DNA of 64,000 bases from Candidatus Latescibacterota bacterium (GTDB lineage: Bacteria > Latescibacterota > UBA2968 > UBA8231). The notes beneath the pieces were generated by a model that saw nothing but the letters and a program-made list of their open reading frames with translations, had not been told where the DNA came from and ran no database searches. This document shows positions 9,525 through 18,367 of this stretch, one piece after another (positions within the stretch are counted from its first letter, which is position 1; every line of letters starts with the position of its first letter). The stretch lies in the NCBI GenBank assembly GCA_965215195.1, contig CBDCDC010000002.1, forward strand, positions 2,048,001-2,112,000, in the 5' to 3' direction. A program made the translations under genes and the position numbers.

Positions 9525-11249
9525 ATGAGCGGGAACAAAAAAACGTGGCGCAGTGCGGCGTGGTTTGGCGACGAGTGGCACCAAGGGTTTGTGTCCCGCG
9601 GCTGGGCCAAAAACCAAGGACACCCCGAGCAAATGTTCGATGGCCGGCCCGTGATTGGGATCTGCAACACGTGGTCGGACTTGAATCCTTGCAACGCCCA
9701 TCTGCGCATCTTGGCCGAGCAGGTCAAGCGCGGGGTGTACGAGGCCGGGGGCTTTCCGCTCGAGTTTCCGGTCACTTCGCTCGGCGAGACCCTGATGAAG
9801 CCAACGACCATGCTCTACCGCAACTTGGCCAGCATGGACGTGGAGGAAAGCATCCGCGCCAATCCGCTCGACGGGGTGGTGCTGCTGACCGGCTGCGACA
9901 AAACCACGCCAGCCTGTCTGATGGGCGCGGCGAGCGTGGATTTGCCGACCATTGCGGTGACGGGCGGGCCGATGCTCAACGGCAAGTTTCGCAATGAGAA
10001 TATCGGCTCCGGCACGGACGTCTATCGCTTTACGACCGAACTGCGGGCCGGGAGCATCTCGCGCTCGGATTACTTAGAGGCCGAGGCCGGGATTTCGCGC
10101 TCGGACGGCCACTGCATGACCATGGGCACGGCCTCGACAATGGCCTGCATGGTCGAGACTGTCGGGCTGACCCTGCCGAGCGGCGCGGCGATTCCCGGGC
10201 CGGATGCGCGGCGCAAGCGCTTGGGGCATTTAGCGGGCAATCGCATCGTCGAGATGGTGAGAGAGGGCCTGTGTATGTCGCGCATTGTGACGCGGCCAGC
10301 CATAGAAAACGCCATCAAGATCAACGCAGCGCTGGGCGGATCGACCAACTTCGTGGTGCATCTGTTGGCCATTGCCGGACGGCTCGGCGTCGAGCTGGAT
10401 TTGGACGACTTCGACCGCTTGGGCAGCCGCATGCCGCACTTGGTCAACCTAATGCCCGCGGGCGAGTACCTGATGGAGGACTTCTTCTACGCCGGGGGCT
10501 TGCCAGCCGTAATCCAAGAGATGAAGGAACATCTGCACCTCAATGCTTTGACCGCGACCGGCAAATCGCTCGGCGAGAACAACGCCGACGCCCAGTGCTA
10601 CAACCGAGCGGTCATCGCCGCGATCGACAAGCCGCTCCGGGAGGAGGCCGGGATCGCCGTACTGCGGGGCAACCTCTGCCCGGATGGGGCTATTATCAAG
10701 CCGTCGGCCGCCTCGCCCGAACTCATGCAGCACTGCGGGCGAGCCGTGGTGTTTGAAAGCATAGAAGACTACCGGGCGCGGATTGACGACCCCAATCTCG
10801 ACGTGGACAAAGACTGCGTGCTGGTCTTGAAGGGCATCGGCCCAAAAGGTTTCCCCGGGATGCCCGAAGCCGGGAAGTTCGGGTTGCCCAAGAAGCTGTT
10901 GCAGCAGGGCGTGCGCGACATGGTTTGCATCTCGGACGGGCGGATGAGCGGCACGGCCTACGGCACGGTGATTCTGCACGTCGCGCCCGAAGCCGCTGTG
11001 GGCGGGCCGCTGGCACTGGTGCAGGATGGCGACCTGATCGAGTTAGACGTGGAGAAGCGGTCGTTGAACATGGCCGTGCCCGATGAGGACCTACAAAAAA
11101 GACGGCAAGCGTGGACGCCGCCCGCGCCGGTCGTCGTGCGGGGTTATGCCGGCTTGTATGTCAAGCACGTGCTCCAAGCCGACAAGGGCGTTGACTTGGA
11201 CATCTTAGTCGGCGGCTCCGGGCCGGAGGTCTATCGGGAGCCGAGGTAG
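9525..11249 (+). CDS. IlvD/Edd family dehydratase (sugar-acid dehydratase clade, e.g. L-arabinonate/D-xylonate)
   Basis: PCNAH, GCDKTTPA, GHCMTMGTASTM, SDGRMSGT; start ATG 9525 preferred. Confidence 0.92.
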   Translation: MSGNKKTWRSAAWFGDEWHQGFVSRGWAKNQGHPEQMFDGRPVIGICNTWSDLNPCNAHLRILAEQVKRGVYEAGGFPLEFPVTSLGETLMKPTTMLYRNLASMDVEESIRANPLDGVVLLTGCDKTTPACLMGAASVDLPTIAVTGGPMLNGKFRNENIGSGTDVYRFTTELRAGSISRSDYLEAEAGISRSDGHCMTMGTASTMACMVETVGLTLPSGAAIPGPDARRKRLGHLAGNRIVEMVREGLCMSRIVTRPAIENAIKINAALGGSTNFVVHLLAIAGRLGVELDLDDFDRLGSRMPHLVNLMPAGEYLMEDFFYAGGLPAVIQEMKEHLHLNALTATGKSLGENNADAQCYNRAVIAAIDKPLREEAGIAVLRGNLCPDGAIIKPSAASPELMQHCGRAVVFESIEDYRARIDDPNLDVDKDCVLVLKGIGPKGFPGMPEAGKFGLPKKLLQQGVRDMVCISDGRMSGTAYGTVILHVAPEAAVGGPLALVQDGDLIELDVEKRSLNMAVPDEDLQKRRQAWTPPAPVVVRGYAGLYVKHVLQADKGVDLDILVGGSGPEVYREPR

Positions 11250-11313
11250 TTAGCGACGAGCGAATTGACCAATAAATTTTAGCTTAGTTCGGCACCAGCG
11301 CTTCGCGCACCGC

Positions 11314-12507
11314 TTAATACTTTGAGATAGCTCCAAAGTCCAGCTTCACGACCCAGTCCTGAACCGACTCATCTCTAGTGAACTCGATGAACCCAAGTTC
11401 CCCGAGTCGTATCAACTCCCTATGAAAAGTTCGTCTCGTAACATTCCTGTATGCCGACTGCACGTAATTTGCCTCCAATAGCTCTGACAGACTGATTCTG
11501 CGGGACGGGGTATCAGAGAAGGGATCTATAGGCTCTGTCTCGCTTAGGAGAAAGTCTAGGAGACTGTATTCTCTTTGGTTTAGGAGCCGCCGCCTAGCAC
11601 CCATCTTCTTATTGAAAGCGCGGCCGATCATCGTCCGGTATACCAGCCGATTGATCTTCGTCTTGATGAAGTTGTTTATGTCTTTGAGCTCCCTCGCAAA
11701 GCCGGCCACGCCGAAGCGGATAAACGGCGTCACGTCGAAAGACTGGCCTTTTCGGCATTGTTGCAGGATTGATTTGTATTCCTGATCGTGGCGATAGAAG
11801 TAGTTGGATAGCCCGTAGAAACCATGAACATTATATCCTAGCTGAAAGAGGATGCCTGCTTCCACGAGCCGGGAGACTCTGCCGTTGCCGTCTCCAAAAG
11901 GGTGAATCGTCACCAAGAAGAAGTGGGCGAGCAGAGCGCGTATAACCGGATGATTATCGTCGAGTCGGCTAGAGTTGATGACATCAATATACTCTTCCAT
12001 TAAGCGCGGCAGCCGTTCGTGTGGGGCACCTCTATGGACTCCTCCTAAATCTTCCGTCCCCACCACAACGGGAAAGTCGCGGAATCTTCCGGGTATATTA
12101 TTGATGGTATCCGAATCTCGGGTGATCATTCTGTGCATTGTGGAGATATCGCCCAAGCTAATAGGTGGACTATTGGGAAGAAACCGCTGTCTCACCCAAG
12201 ACTGAGCCTCTCCGGCGTTCCTGATTTGCAATTGTTCCTTTGTCGCGGTCTTTCTTTCGTCGTCGTGATTTTGTTGTTCGAGTCGTTCCATTTGTTGAGC
12301 AACCTCCGTCTCGGAAAGGGGGTTGCCCTCTATCGCAGTCGTTCCATGAACCGCACGCACTCGATTCAGCCTGTCGAGCTGCTGCTGCCACTCCTGTGGG
12401 AACACTAGGTTCAGAGAGGCTTCCTTGTATGCCTCGATAGAGACGAGACCGCGGAAGAGGTCCTGAGGGTTGAGTCGGTACTCGAAGGAGAACCTTTCCC
12501 AGTCCAT
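11314..12507 (-). CDS. Fic family protein with probable C-terminal winged helix
   Basis: Intact Fic motif HPFGDGNGRVSR; N-terminal TTAIEGN inhibitory-type motif. Confidence 0.93.
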   Translation of the reverse strand: MDWERFSFEYRLNPQDLFRGLVSIEAYKEASLNLVFPQEWQQQLDRLNRVRAVHGTTAIEGNPLSETEVAQQMERLEQQNHDDERKTATKEQLQIRNAGEAQSWVRQRFLPNSPPISLGDISTMHRMITRDSDTINNIPGRFRDFPVVVGTEDLGGVHRGAPHERLPRLMEEYIDVINSSRLDDNHPVIRALLAHFFLVTIHPFGDGNGRVSRLVEAGILFQLGYNVHGFYGLSNYFYRHDQEYKSILQQCRKGQSFDVTPFIRFGVAGFARELKDINNFIKTKINRLVYRTMIGRAFNKKMGARRRLLNQREYSLLDFLLSETEPIDPFSDTPSRRISLSELLEANYVQSAYRNVTRRTFHRELIRLGELGFIEFTRDESVQDWVVKLDFGAISKY

Positions 12508-12519
12508 ATTTGCCCTCTT

Positions 12520-12640
12520 ATTTGACAGTTAATTTGACAGATAGGGAAAATGTATAACAGGAATAAAATAATGAACTTATATTATTATAAGAAAGGAATT
12601 TGGGCAAAAATTCGTCCTTATTTGACCGGATAGTTGACAG
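12520..12640. promoter_or_regulatory. AT-rich promoter region of the Fic gene with four TTGAC(A/C)G boxes
   Basis: ATTTGACAG at 12520 and 12532, ATTTGACCG at 12620, TTGACAG at 12634. Confidence 0.45.
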
Positions 12641-12694
12641 CCTATTTGGCAAAGACTTGGTCGAGGATTTTCTTCCGAGGACGTTTATTTTTGA

Positions 12695-13093
12695 CTAGCT
12701 TCCGCTGCCGAGCACGGCTATGGCCTCGACCTCGACGAGCATTCCGGGCAGGACTAGATCGGCGACCGTCACCGTAGAGCTGGCAGGGGCGTGGTTGGGA
12801 AAGGCTTCGGCGCGGGCTGCCGCGTACTCGGCGTAGCGGCCCGTGTCGGTGATAAACGAGGTGATCTTGACCACGTCGTCCATGGTCGCGCCGGCCTCGG
12901 CGAGCACAGCGCGGATGTTGGCAAAGACTTGGCGCGACTGGGCGGCGATGTCGCCTACGCCGACGAGGTTCCCCTCCGGGTCGAGAGGCCCTTGGCCGGA
13001 GACGTAGATCGTATCGCCTGCCTGCACAGCCTGTGAGATGCGGAATTTCGCGGTCCAAGGCCAAGCGGGGTTGTGTGCTTTGCGTTGGGTCAT
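12695..13093 (-). CDS. RidA/YjgF family protein
   Basis: SQAVQAGDTIYVSGQ, DVVKIT, PASS, LVEVEAIA. Confidence 0.92.
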   Translation of the reverse strand: MTQRKAHNPAWPWTAKFRISQAVQAGDTIYVSGQGPLDPEGNLVGVGDIAAQSRQVFANIRAVLAEAGATMDDVVKITSFITDTGRYAEYAAARAEAFPNHAPASSTVTVADLVLPGMLVEVEAIAVLGSGS

Positions 13094-13108
13094 GGTGAGG
13101 TCCTTGAA

Positions 13109-13318
13109 TCATTTGAGGCGGACGGCAGGCCGCCTTTTCAGCCGCTGATTGAGCGGATCCACTTCAATGCCGACCGATTCGAGAGCCGTCAGGCCGAGCA
13201 GCGGCTCGGCGTCCGCGTCGCCGACGATGATCGTGCCGCCGACGATTTCTCCCATGAATTCGACGTCCGCGGTCGTGACGTCGAGTTTGAGTTCGGCCTT
13301 AACGGTCAGGGTTTTCAT
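13109..13318 (-). pseudogene. Truncated clan AA (retropepsin-like) aspartic protease, C-terminal half only
   Basis: EPLLGLTALESVGIEVDPLNQRL is the family C-terminal motif; no catalytic DTG in the 69-aa ORF from ATG 13318. Confidence 0.65.
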
Positions 13319-13329
13319 CTTTCCTTCTC

Positions 13330-14448
13330 CTACTGCCAGAGCGGCTCCCCATCCTTCAGCATACTCTGCAAAAACGCCTCGTTCAGCTCCACCCCCAGCC
13401 CGGGCTTTTCGCTCAGCACCACATGCCCTTCCTGAATCACCGGCTCGTCGGAAAGCATCACCTCGCTCCAAGTCGGGTCGTCGTAGCGATGGAACTCCAA
13501 GGCGAGAAAATTGGGGACACTCGCGCAGACGTGGGCGTCGGCCACGGTGCTCAAGGCGCTGGAATTGTTGTGCGGGGCAAAGGGGATGTAGTAGGTCTCG
13601 GCCATGTTGGCGATCTTGCGGCATTCGGACAGGCCGCCGCACTTGGAAATGTCGGGCATGATGATATCGACCGCCTGCTGTTCGAGCATGTCGCGGAAGC
13701 CGTAGCGCAGATAGGCGTTCTCGCCGGCGCAGATCGGGGTGCGGGTCGAGTCGGTGATGCGCTTGAGGGCGTCGATGTTCTCGGGCGGCACCGGCTCTTC
13801 GAGCCACATCAGGTTCAGGCCCTCGAGCGCGTGGGCAAACTTCATTCCAGCGGTGGCGTCGTAGCGGCCGTGCAGGTCAATAGCTAGGTCCATCTGGGGG
13901 CCGACGGCCTCGCGGATCTGATGCGCTTGGGCAACCAGATCCTCCAGCTCGGCTGGGGTCACCGACCAGTTCCAAGGATCGAGCTTTTCCGGGTGCCCCG
14001 CGTCGTCGAGGTCGAACTTAATCGCGGTGAAGCCCTTTGCGCGCGCATCCTCGGCGCGCTCTTTGTAGTCCTCATGGGCACTATCGACGTACAGGCGCAC
14101 CCGGTCGCGGAACTTGCCGCCCAAGAGCCGGTAAACGGGTACGCCTTGGGCCTTGCCAGCCAAGTCCCACAGCGCGACCTCAAGGCCGGTCAGCGCCGAA
14201 ATCGCCAAGCCCGACATGCCGCCGCGGAAGATGTAGCTGCGGCGGATGCCTTCAAAGAGCGCATCGACATCGCGCGGGTCCTTGCCGATGAGTTGGTTGG
14301 CCATGGACTGGGTAGATCCGCGCCAGCCGCCATCGACGTGGCTGGCCTCGCCCGTGCCGTAGCAGCCCTCGTCGGTGTGGATGCGGACGTAGTGGTAGAG
14401 ATAGCGGTTTACGCGCACTTCGGCGGTTTTGACATCGGTGATCTTCAA
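13330..14448 (-). CDS. Mandelate racemase/galactonate dehydratase-like enolase superfamily enzyme
   Basis: ALWDLAGK, KFD, DLHG, WLEEP, GEN, PDISKCGG, APHN. Confidence 0.92.
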   Translation of the reverse strand: MKITDVKTAEVRVNRYLYHYVRIHTDEGCYGTGEASHVDGGWRGSTQSMANQLIGKDPRDVDALFEGIRRSYIFRGGMSGLAISALTGLEVALWDLAGKAQGVPVYRLLGGKFRDRVRLYVDSAHEDYKERAEDARAKGFTAIKFDLDDAGHPEKLDPWNWSVTPAELEDLVAQAHQIREAVGPQMDLAIDLHGRYDATAGMKFAHALEGLNLMWLEEPVPPENIDALKRITDSTRTPICAGENAYLRYGFRDMLEQQAVDIIMPDISKCGGLSECRKIANMAETYYIPFAPHNNSSALSTVADAHVCASVPNFLALEFHRYDDPTWSEVMLSDEPVIQEGHVVLSEKPGLGVELNEAFLQSMLKDGEPLWQ

Positions 14449-14463
14449 TGGAGTCCCTTTCTT

Positions 14464-15141
14464 CTATAGGTGTAGCTGGCCGATTGCGCGCGTGGCAGCG
14501 TCGCAGTACCAGAGGATGCCCTCGTGGATGGTCAGCCCGTGGACTTCTACTGGGGCTTCGACGCGGACAACCTCCCAGATGCGCCCGTCTTGGGGATCGA
14601 GGCGGTTGATGGTGCCGGCCGAGGTGTCGGCGACCCAGAGGGTGCCGTCGTCAGCCCAAGCTAGGCCGTGGACCCGGAGGCCGGGGACGCGAAAGGAATG
14701 GACTTCTTCCCAAGTGCTGGCGTCCATCACGTGGACGAATTGCGATGGCGGCGAGGCCACGTACACCTTGCCGTCCTTCCACTCGAGGCCGTGAGCCCCG
14801 GTGACGCGGCCATTCTGCTGGTCGGCGACCCAAGCGACGACGCCATTGCCGGGCGAATCGAGCTTGGCGATGGTCTGGCCCGTAGCCGGGTTGAGGCGGG
14901 CGATCTTAAGCTCAAAGGTCGAGGCAATCCACAGAAAACCGCCGCCGAGGGTAATGCCGCTGGAGTGTGCGGTGTCAGTCTGGGCCTCAAAGAGAGTTTC
15001 GCCGCTCTCGTAGTCGAATTTATAGACCTTGAGGTCAACTTGGTCGATGCACCAGAGGCCATCGGGCGCGGCTTGCAGGCCATTGGGCTGGGGCCCAGGG
15101 CATTTGAAACGCTCTTCAACGCGGGCGATTTGGATGGTCAT
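14464..15141 (-). CDS. Beta-propeller repeat protein (glutamine cyclotransferase/Vgb-like)
   Basis: Repeated blades PNGL, SSGIT, AHGLEW, VHGLAW, VHGLT each followed by LW. Confidence 0.7.
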   Translation of the reverse strand: MTIQIARVEERFKCPGPQPNGLQAAPDGLWCIDQVDLKVYKFDYESGETLFEAQTDTAHSSGITLGGGFLWIASTFELKIARLNPATGQTIAKLDSPGNGVVAWVADQQNGRVTGAHGLEWKDGKVYVASPPSQFVHVMDASTWEEVHSFRVPGLRVHGLAWADDGTLWVADTSAGTINRLDPQDGRIWEVVRVEAPVEVHGLTIHEGILWYCDAATRAIGQLHL

Positions 15142-15156
15142 AGACTGCTTTCTTTG

Positions 15157-15936
15157 CTAGGGATTGGGGCCCATGAGGTAGTTCCAGTTCTGGCGGCGGA
15201 TGGCGCGCTCCTTGTAGTGGTCGCTCTGGGAGACGCCCAAGGGATTGGTGAAGTTGAGGATGTTGGTGACGTCCTCGGCTCGGTCGCGCTCGTTCCAGTC
15301 GGTGGGCTTGTTGGCCGCCTGTGGGTCGTGGTTCCAAGTGGGCACTGCGTTGTCCCGAGTGCGGCGGAAGAGGAACTTGATCATGTGGCGCTTGTGCGGC
15401 GAGCGGTTGGCGGCCGTGCCGTGCCAGAGGTCGTAGTGCGTGAAGGCCACGGTTCCGGCCTTGACCACGAGCGGCACTTGGCCGCGGATGTTGGTGTACG
15501 TGGCCATGCGATCCGTTGGCGCGTTGCGGAACTGGGTGCCAGGGACGATGATCGTCGGCCCCATGTCGGGCGTGACGTCGGTCGGGTAGTACAGCCCGAG
15601 GAAGCGGTTGAGCAGTACGTCGCGGTTGTTGAGGCCGTCTTGGTGCCAGCTCATGTGCGGGGAGTTTGGCTGCTTGCAGTGCCAGTGGCGATGCGACTGC
15701 ACCTCGTAGTCCGGGCCGAGCAGGCTGACGAGCGCGCCTTTGACGGCCGGATGGTCGAGCACCTGCCAGAGCTGGGGCACAGCTTCGGTGATGGCGTCGC
15801 CGGGGTTGTAGTCCAACGCGTCGAGCTGGGCCGCGATGGACTCGTTGAGCCCGGCGGGCAACCCTAACTCGACGAGATGGTAGCCAGTGACGAGGAAACG
15901 GGCCACTTCGGCGTCCCTGAGCAGATACTCATTCAT
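15157..15936 (-). CDS. PhyH family dioxygenase
   Basis: WHQD, MGPTIIVPGTQ, HYDLWHG; start ATG 15936 with GGAGG RBS. Confidence 0.88.
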   Translation of the reverse strand: MNEYLLRDAEVARFLVTGYHLVELGLPAGLNESIAAQLDALDYNPGDAITEAVPQLWQVLDHPAVKGALVSLLGPDYEVQSHRHWHCKQPNSPHMSWHQDGLNNRDVLLNRFLGLYYPTDVTPDMGPTIIVPGTQFRNAPTDRMATYTNIRGQVPLVVKAGTVAFTHYDLWHGTAANRSPHKRHMIKFLFRRTRDNAVPTWNHDPQAANKPTDWNERDRAEDVTNILNFTNPLGVSQSDHYKERAIRRQNWNYLMGPNP

Positions 15937-16213
15937 CGGCGATAACCTCCATTTTCTGTAGGATGAATTCATAGCCAATCACGTCCAACTCCCGGTCGTC
16001 GAAAGGGGCTTGTAGGTGGGGAAATTGGACGATTTGCCAGCCGTCAACTACGGCGTCGTGTACGGTTTCGTAGGGCCAATCGGGTGCTGATTCAGCGCGG
16101 ATTTCGGGCATAAAGCCCGCGACCGGCTCAATGAGCGTTAAGCCGATGATATTGGACATGACGCTGGGGGTGCGCGCCTGCAAGTAGAGCAGGCGTTGGC
16201 GGGGGGCGTCCAT
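15929..16213 (-). CDS. Small hypothetical protein (94 aa) translationally coupled to the PhyH gene
   Basis: ATG 16213 with AGGAG upstream; stop overlaps the PhyH start; protein-like composition (PYETVHDAVVDGWQIVQFP). Confidence 0.7.
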   Translation of the reverse strand: MDAPRQRLLYLQARTPSVMSNIIGLTLIEPVAGFMPEIRAESAPDWPYETVHDAVVDGWQIVQFPHLQAPFDDRELDVIGYEFILQKMEVIADE

Positions 16214-16394
16214 TGGGGTTGAATCACTCCTATGATGCAATGCAGCGCTTAATATAGGCCGCACCCCCGGCAGAGACCAGCGGCGATCTTGCTGGGGGCA
16301 GTGCCCTTGTTTAGCTTGCCTTGCCTGTGCGAGCGCACGGCCTCGGCGCGGAGAGATTGAAGCGAAAGTCGACAACAGCGAGGAAAATCTAAAG

Positions 16395-17366
16395 ATGCAG
16401 TACAAAATTCTGGGCCGCACGGGCGTCAAAGTGTCTGCCCTGTGCTACGGCACTATGGCCTTTGGCGGCGACGCGGACGAGGCAACCTCTGGGCAGATGT
16501 ATCGCTACTGCCGCGAGTTGGGGATCAATTTCTTCGACACGGCCAATGTCTATTCCAGCGGGCGTTCCGAGGCGATCTTGGGCCGGTTGATCCAAGGCCA
16601 GCGCGACGAGTTGGTCATCACCTCGAAAGTCTGCGGCGCAATGGGCGATGGCCCCAACGACCGGGGCCTGTCGCGGCGGCACATTGTACAGGCCGTAGAG
16701 GCCAGTCTCAGGCGGTTGCAGACGGACCGCCTCGACCTGTACTTCGTCCACAACTTCGACGAAGATACGCCGATGGAAGAGACCCTTGCCGCGCTTGATG
16801 ACTTGGTGCGCGGCGGCAAAATCCTCTACCCGGCCGTGAGCAACTGGGCCGCATGGCAGATTGCCCAAGCCCTCGGCCACTGCGTCCGCGAGGGGCTGGC
16901 GCCCTTTGCGTGCATTCAGCCCATGTACAACTTGGCCAAGCGGCAAGTGGAGGTAGAAATCCTGCCGCTGGCTCGCTCAGAGGGCTTGGGCGTGATTACT
17001 TATAGCCCCTTAGGAGGCGGCTTGCTGACCGGCAAGTACGGGATCGACAAGCGACCCGAGCGGGGTCGTCTCTTGCAGCAGGACAACTACATCAAGCGCT
17101 ACGCCAATCCCGCGTTCTACGAAATCGCCGAGCGCTTCGTGCGCTATGCCGGCGACCAAGGCGTACATCCGGCGACCTTGGCCGTCGCTTGGGTCATGGG
17201 GCACCAAGACGTGACCGCGCCGATCATCGGCGGGCGCGACCTAGACCAGCTAAAGCCATCGCTGGCCGCGCTCGACTTTGCCATGTCGGCCGAGATGCGC
17301 GCCGAGGTGTCGGCGCTTTCGCTCGCACCGCCGCCAGCCACCGACCGCGACGAAGTTCAGACTTAA
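16395..17366 (+). CDS. Aldo/keto reductase
   Basis: LGRTGVKVSALCYGTM, FDTANVY, SLRRLQTDRLDLY, YSPLGGGLLTGKY. Confidence 0.95.
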   Translation: MQYKILGRTGVKVSALCYGTMAFGGDADEATSGQMYRYCRELGINFFDTANVYSSGRSEAILGRLIQGQRDELVITSKVCGAMGDGPNDRGLSRRHIVQAVEASLRRLQTDRLDLYFVHNFDEDTPMEETLAALDDLVRGGKILYPAVSNWAAWQIAQALGHCVREGLAPFACIQPMYNLAKRQVEVEILPLARSEGLGVITYSPLGGGLLTGKYGIDKRPERGRLLQQDNYIKRYANPAFYEIAERFVRYAGDQGVHPATLAVAWVMGHQDVTAPIIGGRDLDQLKPSLAALDFAMSAEMRAEVSALSLAPPPATDRDEVQT

Positions 17367-17379
17367 AAGGAAAGGAACC

Positions 17380-18168
17380 ATGAGACCCAACAAGCTGCGC
17401 GAAAAGCTCAACGCCGGCGAACCCACGCTCGCCACCCACATCCACACCACTTGGCCTTCGGTCGTCGAAGCCCTAGGGCATACCGGCGAGTACGACTACG
17501 TGGAATTTGTCGCCGAGTACGGCCCCTTTGACCTGCACGACTTGGACAACCTCGCCCGGGCCGCCGAGCTATGGGACTTGGGAACGATGATCAAGGTCGA
17601 TGCTGAAAACCGCGCTTACGTGGCCCAACGGGCCATAGGATCGGGCTTCGGCAGCGTACTCTTTGCCGACGTGCGCGACCCAGACGACGCACGGGCCTGT
17701 GTGCGCTGCGTACGCGCCGACGCGCCCGGGGACGAAGGCACCTATGGGGTGGCCATGCGGCGCATCGCCTATATGAGCTATGGCGGCACCCCGGAGTACG
17801 TCCAAGCGCTGCGCGACGTGGTCGTGGTGTTGATGATCGAAAAGAAAAGTGCCGTCGCCGACTTAGAGGCCATGCTCTCGGTAGAAGGGGTCGAGATGGT
17901 CCAGTGGGGAGGGGCCGATTATTCCATGAGCGTCGGCAAGGCCGGCCAGCGCGGCGCACCGGAAATTGTCGCAGCCGAAGAAAAGGTCTTTAAGACAGCC
18001 TTGGCACTGGGCGTCCATCCACGCGCCGAAATCAACACAGCCGACGACGCCAAGCGCTTTCTCGACATGGGGGTGCGGCACTTTTGCGTTGGCACGGATA
18101 TAGCGGTGCTGTTCGGGTATTGGCGCGACCAAGGGGAAGCGATGCGGCGGGCGCTGGAGGGCGAGTAG
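17380..18168 (+). CDS. HpcH/HpaI aldolase family protein
   Basis: MRPNKLREKL, LMIEK, WGGADYSMS; RBS AAGGA before ATG 17380. Confidence 0.85.
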   Translation: MRPNKLREKLNAGEPTLATHIHTTWPSVVEALGHTGEYDYVEFVAEYGPFDLHDLDNLARAAELWDLGTMIKVDAENRAYVAQRAIGSGFGSVLFADVRDPDDARACVRCVRADAPGDEGTYGVAMRRIAYMSYGGTPEYVQALRDVVVVLMIEKKSAVADLEAMLSVEGVEMVQWGGADYSMSVGKAGQRGAPEIVAAEEKVFKTALALGVHPRAEINTADDAKRFLDMGVRHFCVGTDIAVLFGYWRDQGEAMRRALEGE

Positions 18169-18367
18169 GCTAGTGCCGGTCAAGGGCCGCCGATCAAACA
18201 GGACATTATCAGGAGATTAGGCGTTGATTTTTTTGTCATAAAAAAAACCCTTAAAACGGCTCTTGTCTCAACTCACCCGACCTCGTATTAGGTCTGAGCA
18301 TCCCACTCTATGTCGATTAACTCAACGCAACATTGACAACCTAAAAATACCAACGCCGGAGTTATTT

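Noticed and set aside
14668-15867. 399-aa plus-strand ORF and similar long shadow ORFs (e.g. 146-874, 32751-33617, 58093-58833)
   Set aside because: Antisense or alternate-frame shadows of well-supported genes in GC-rich DNA; no motifs
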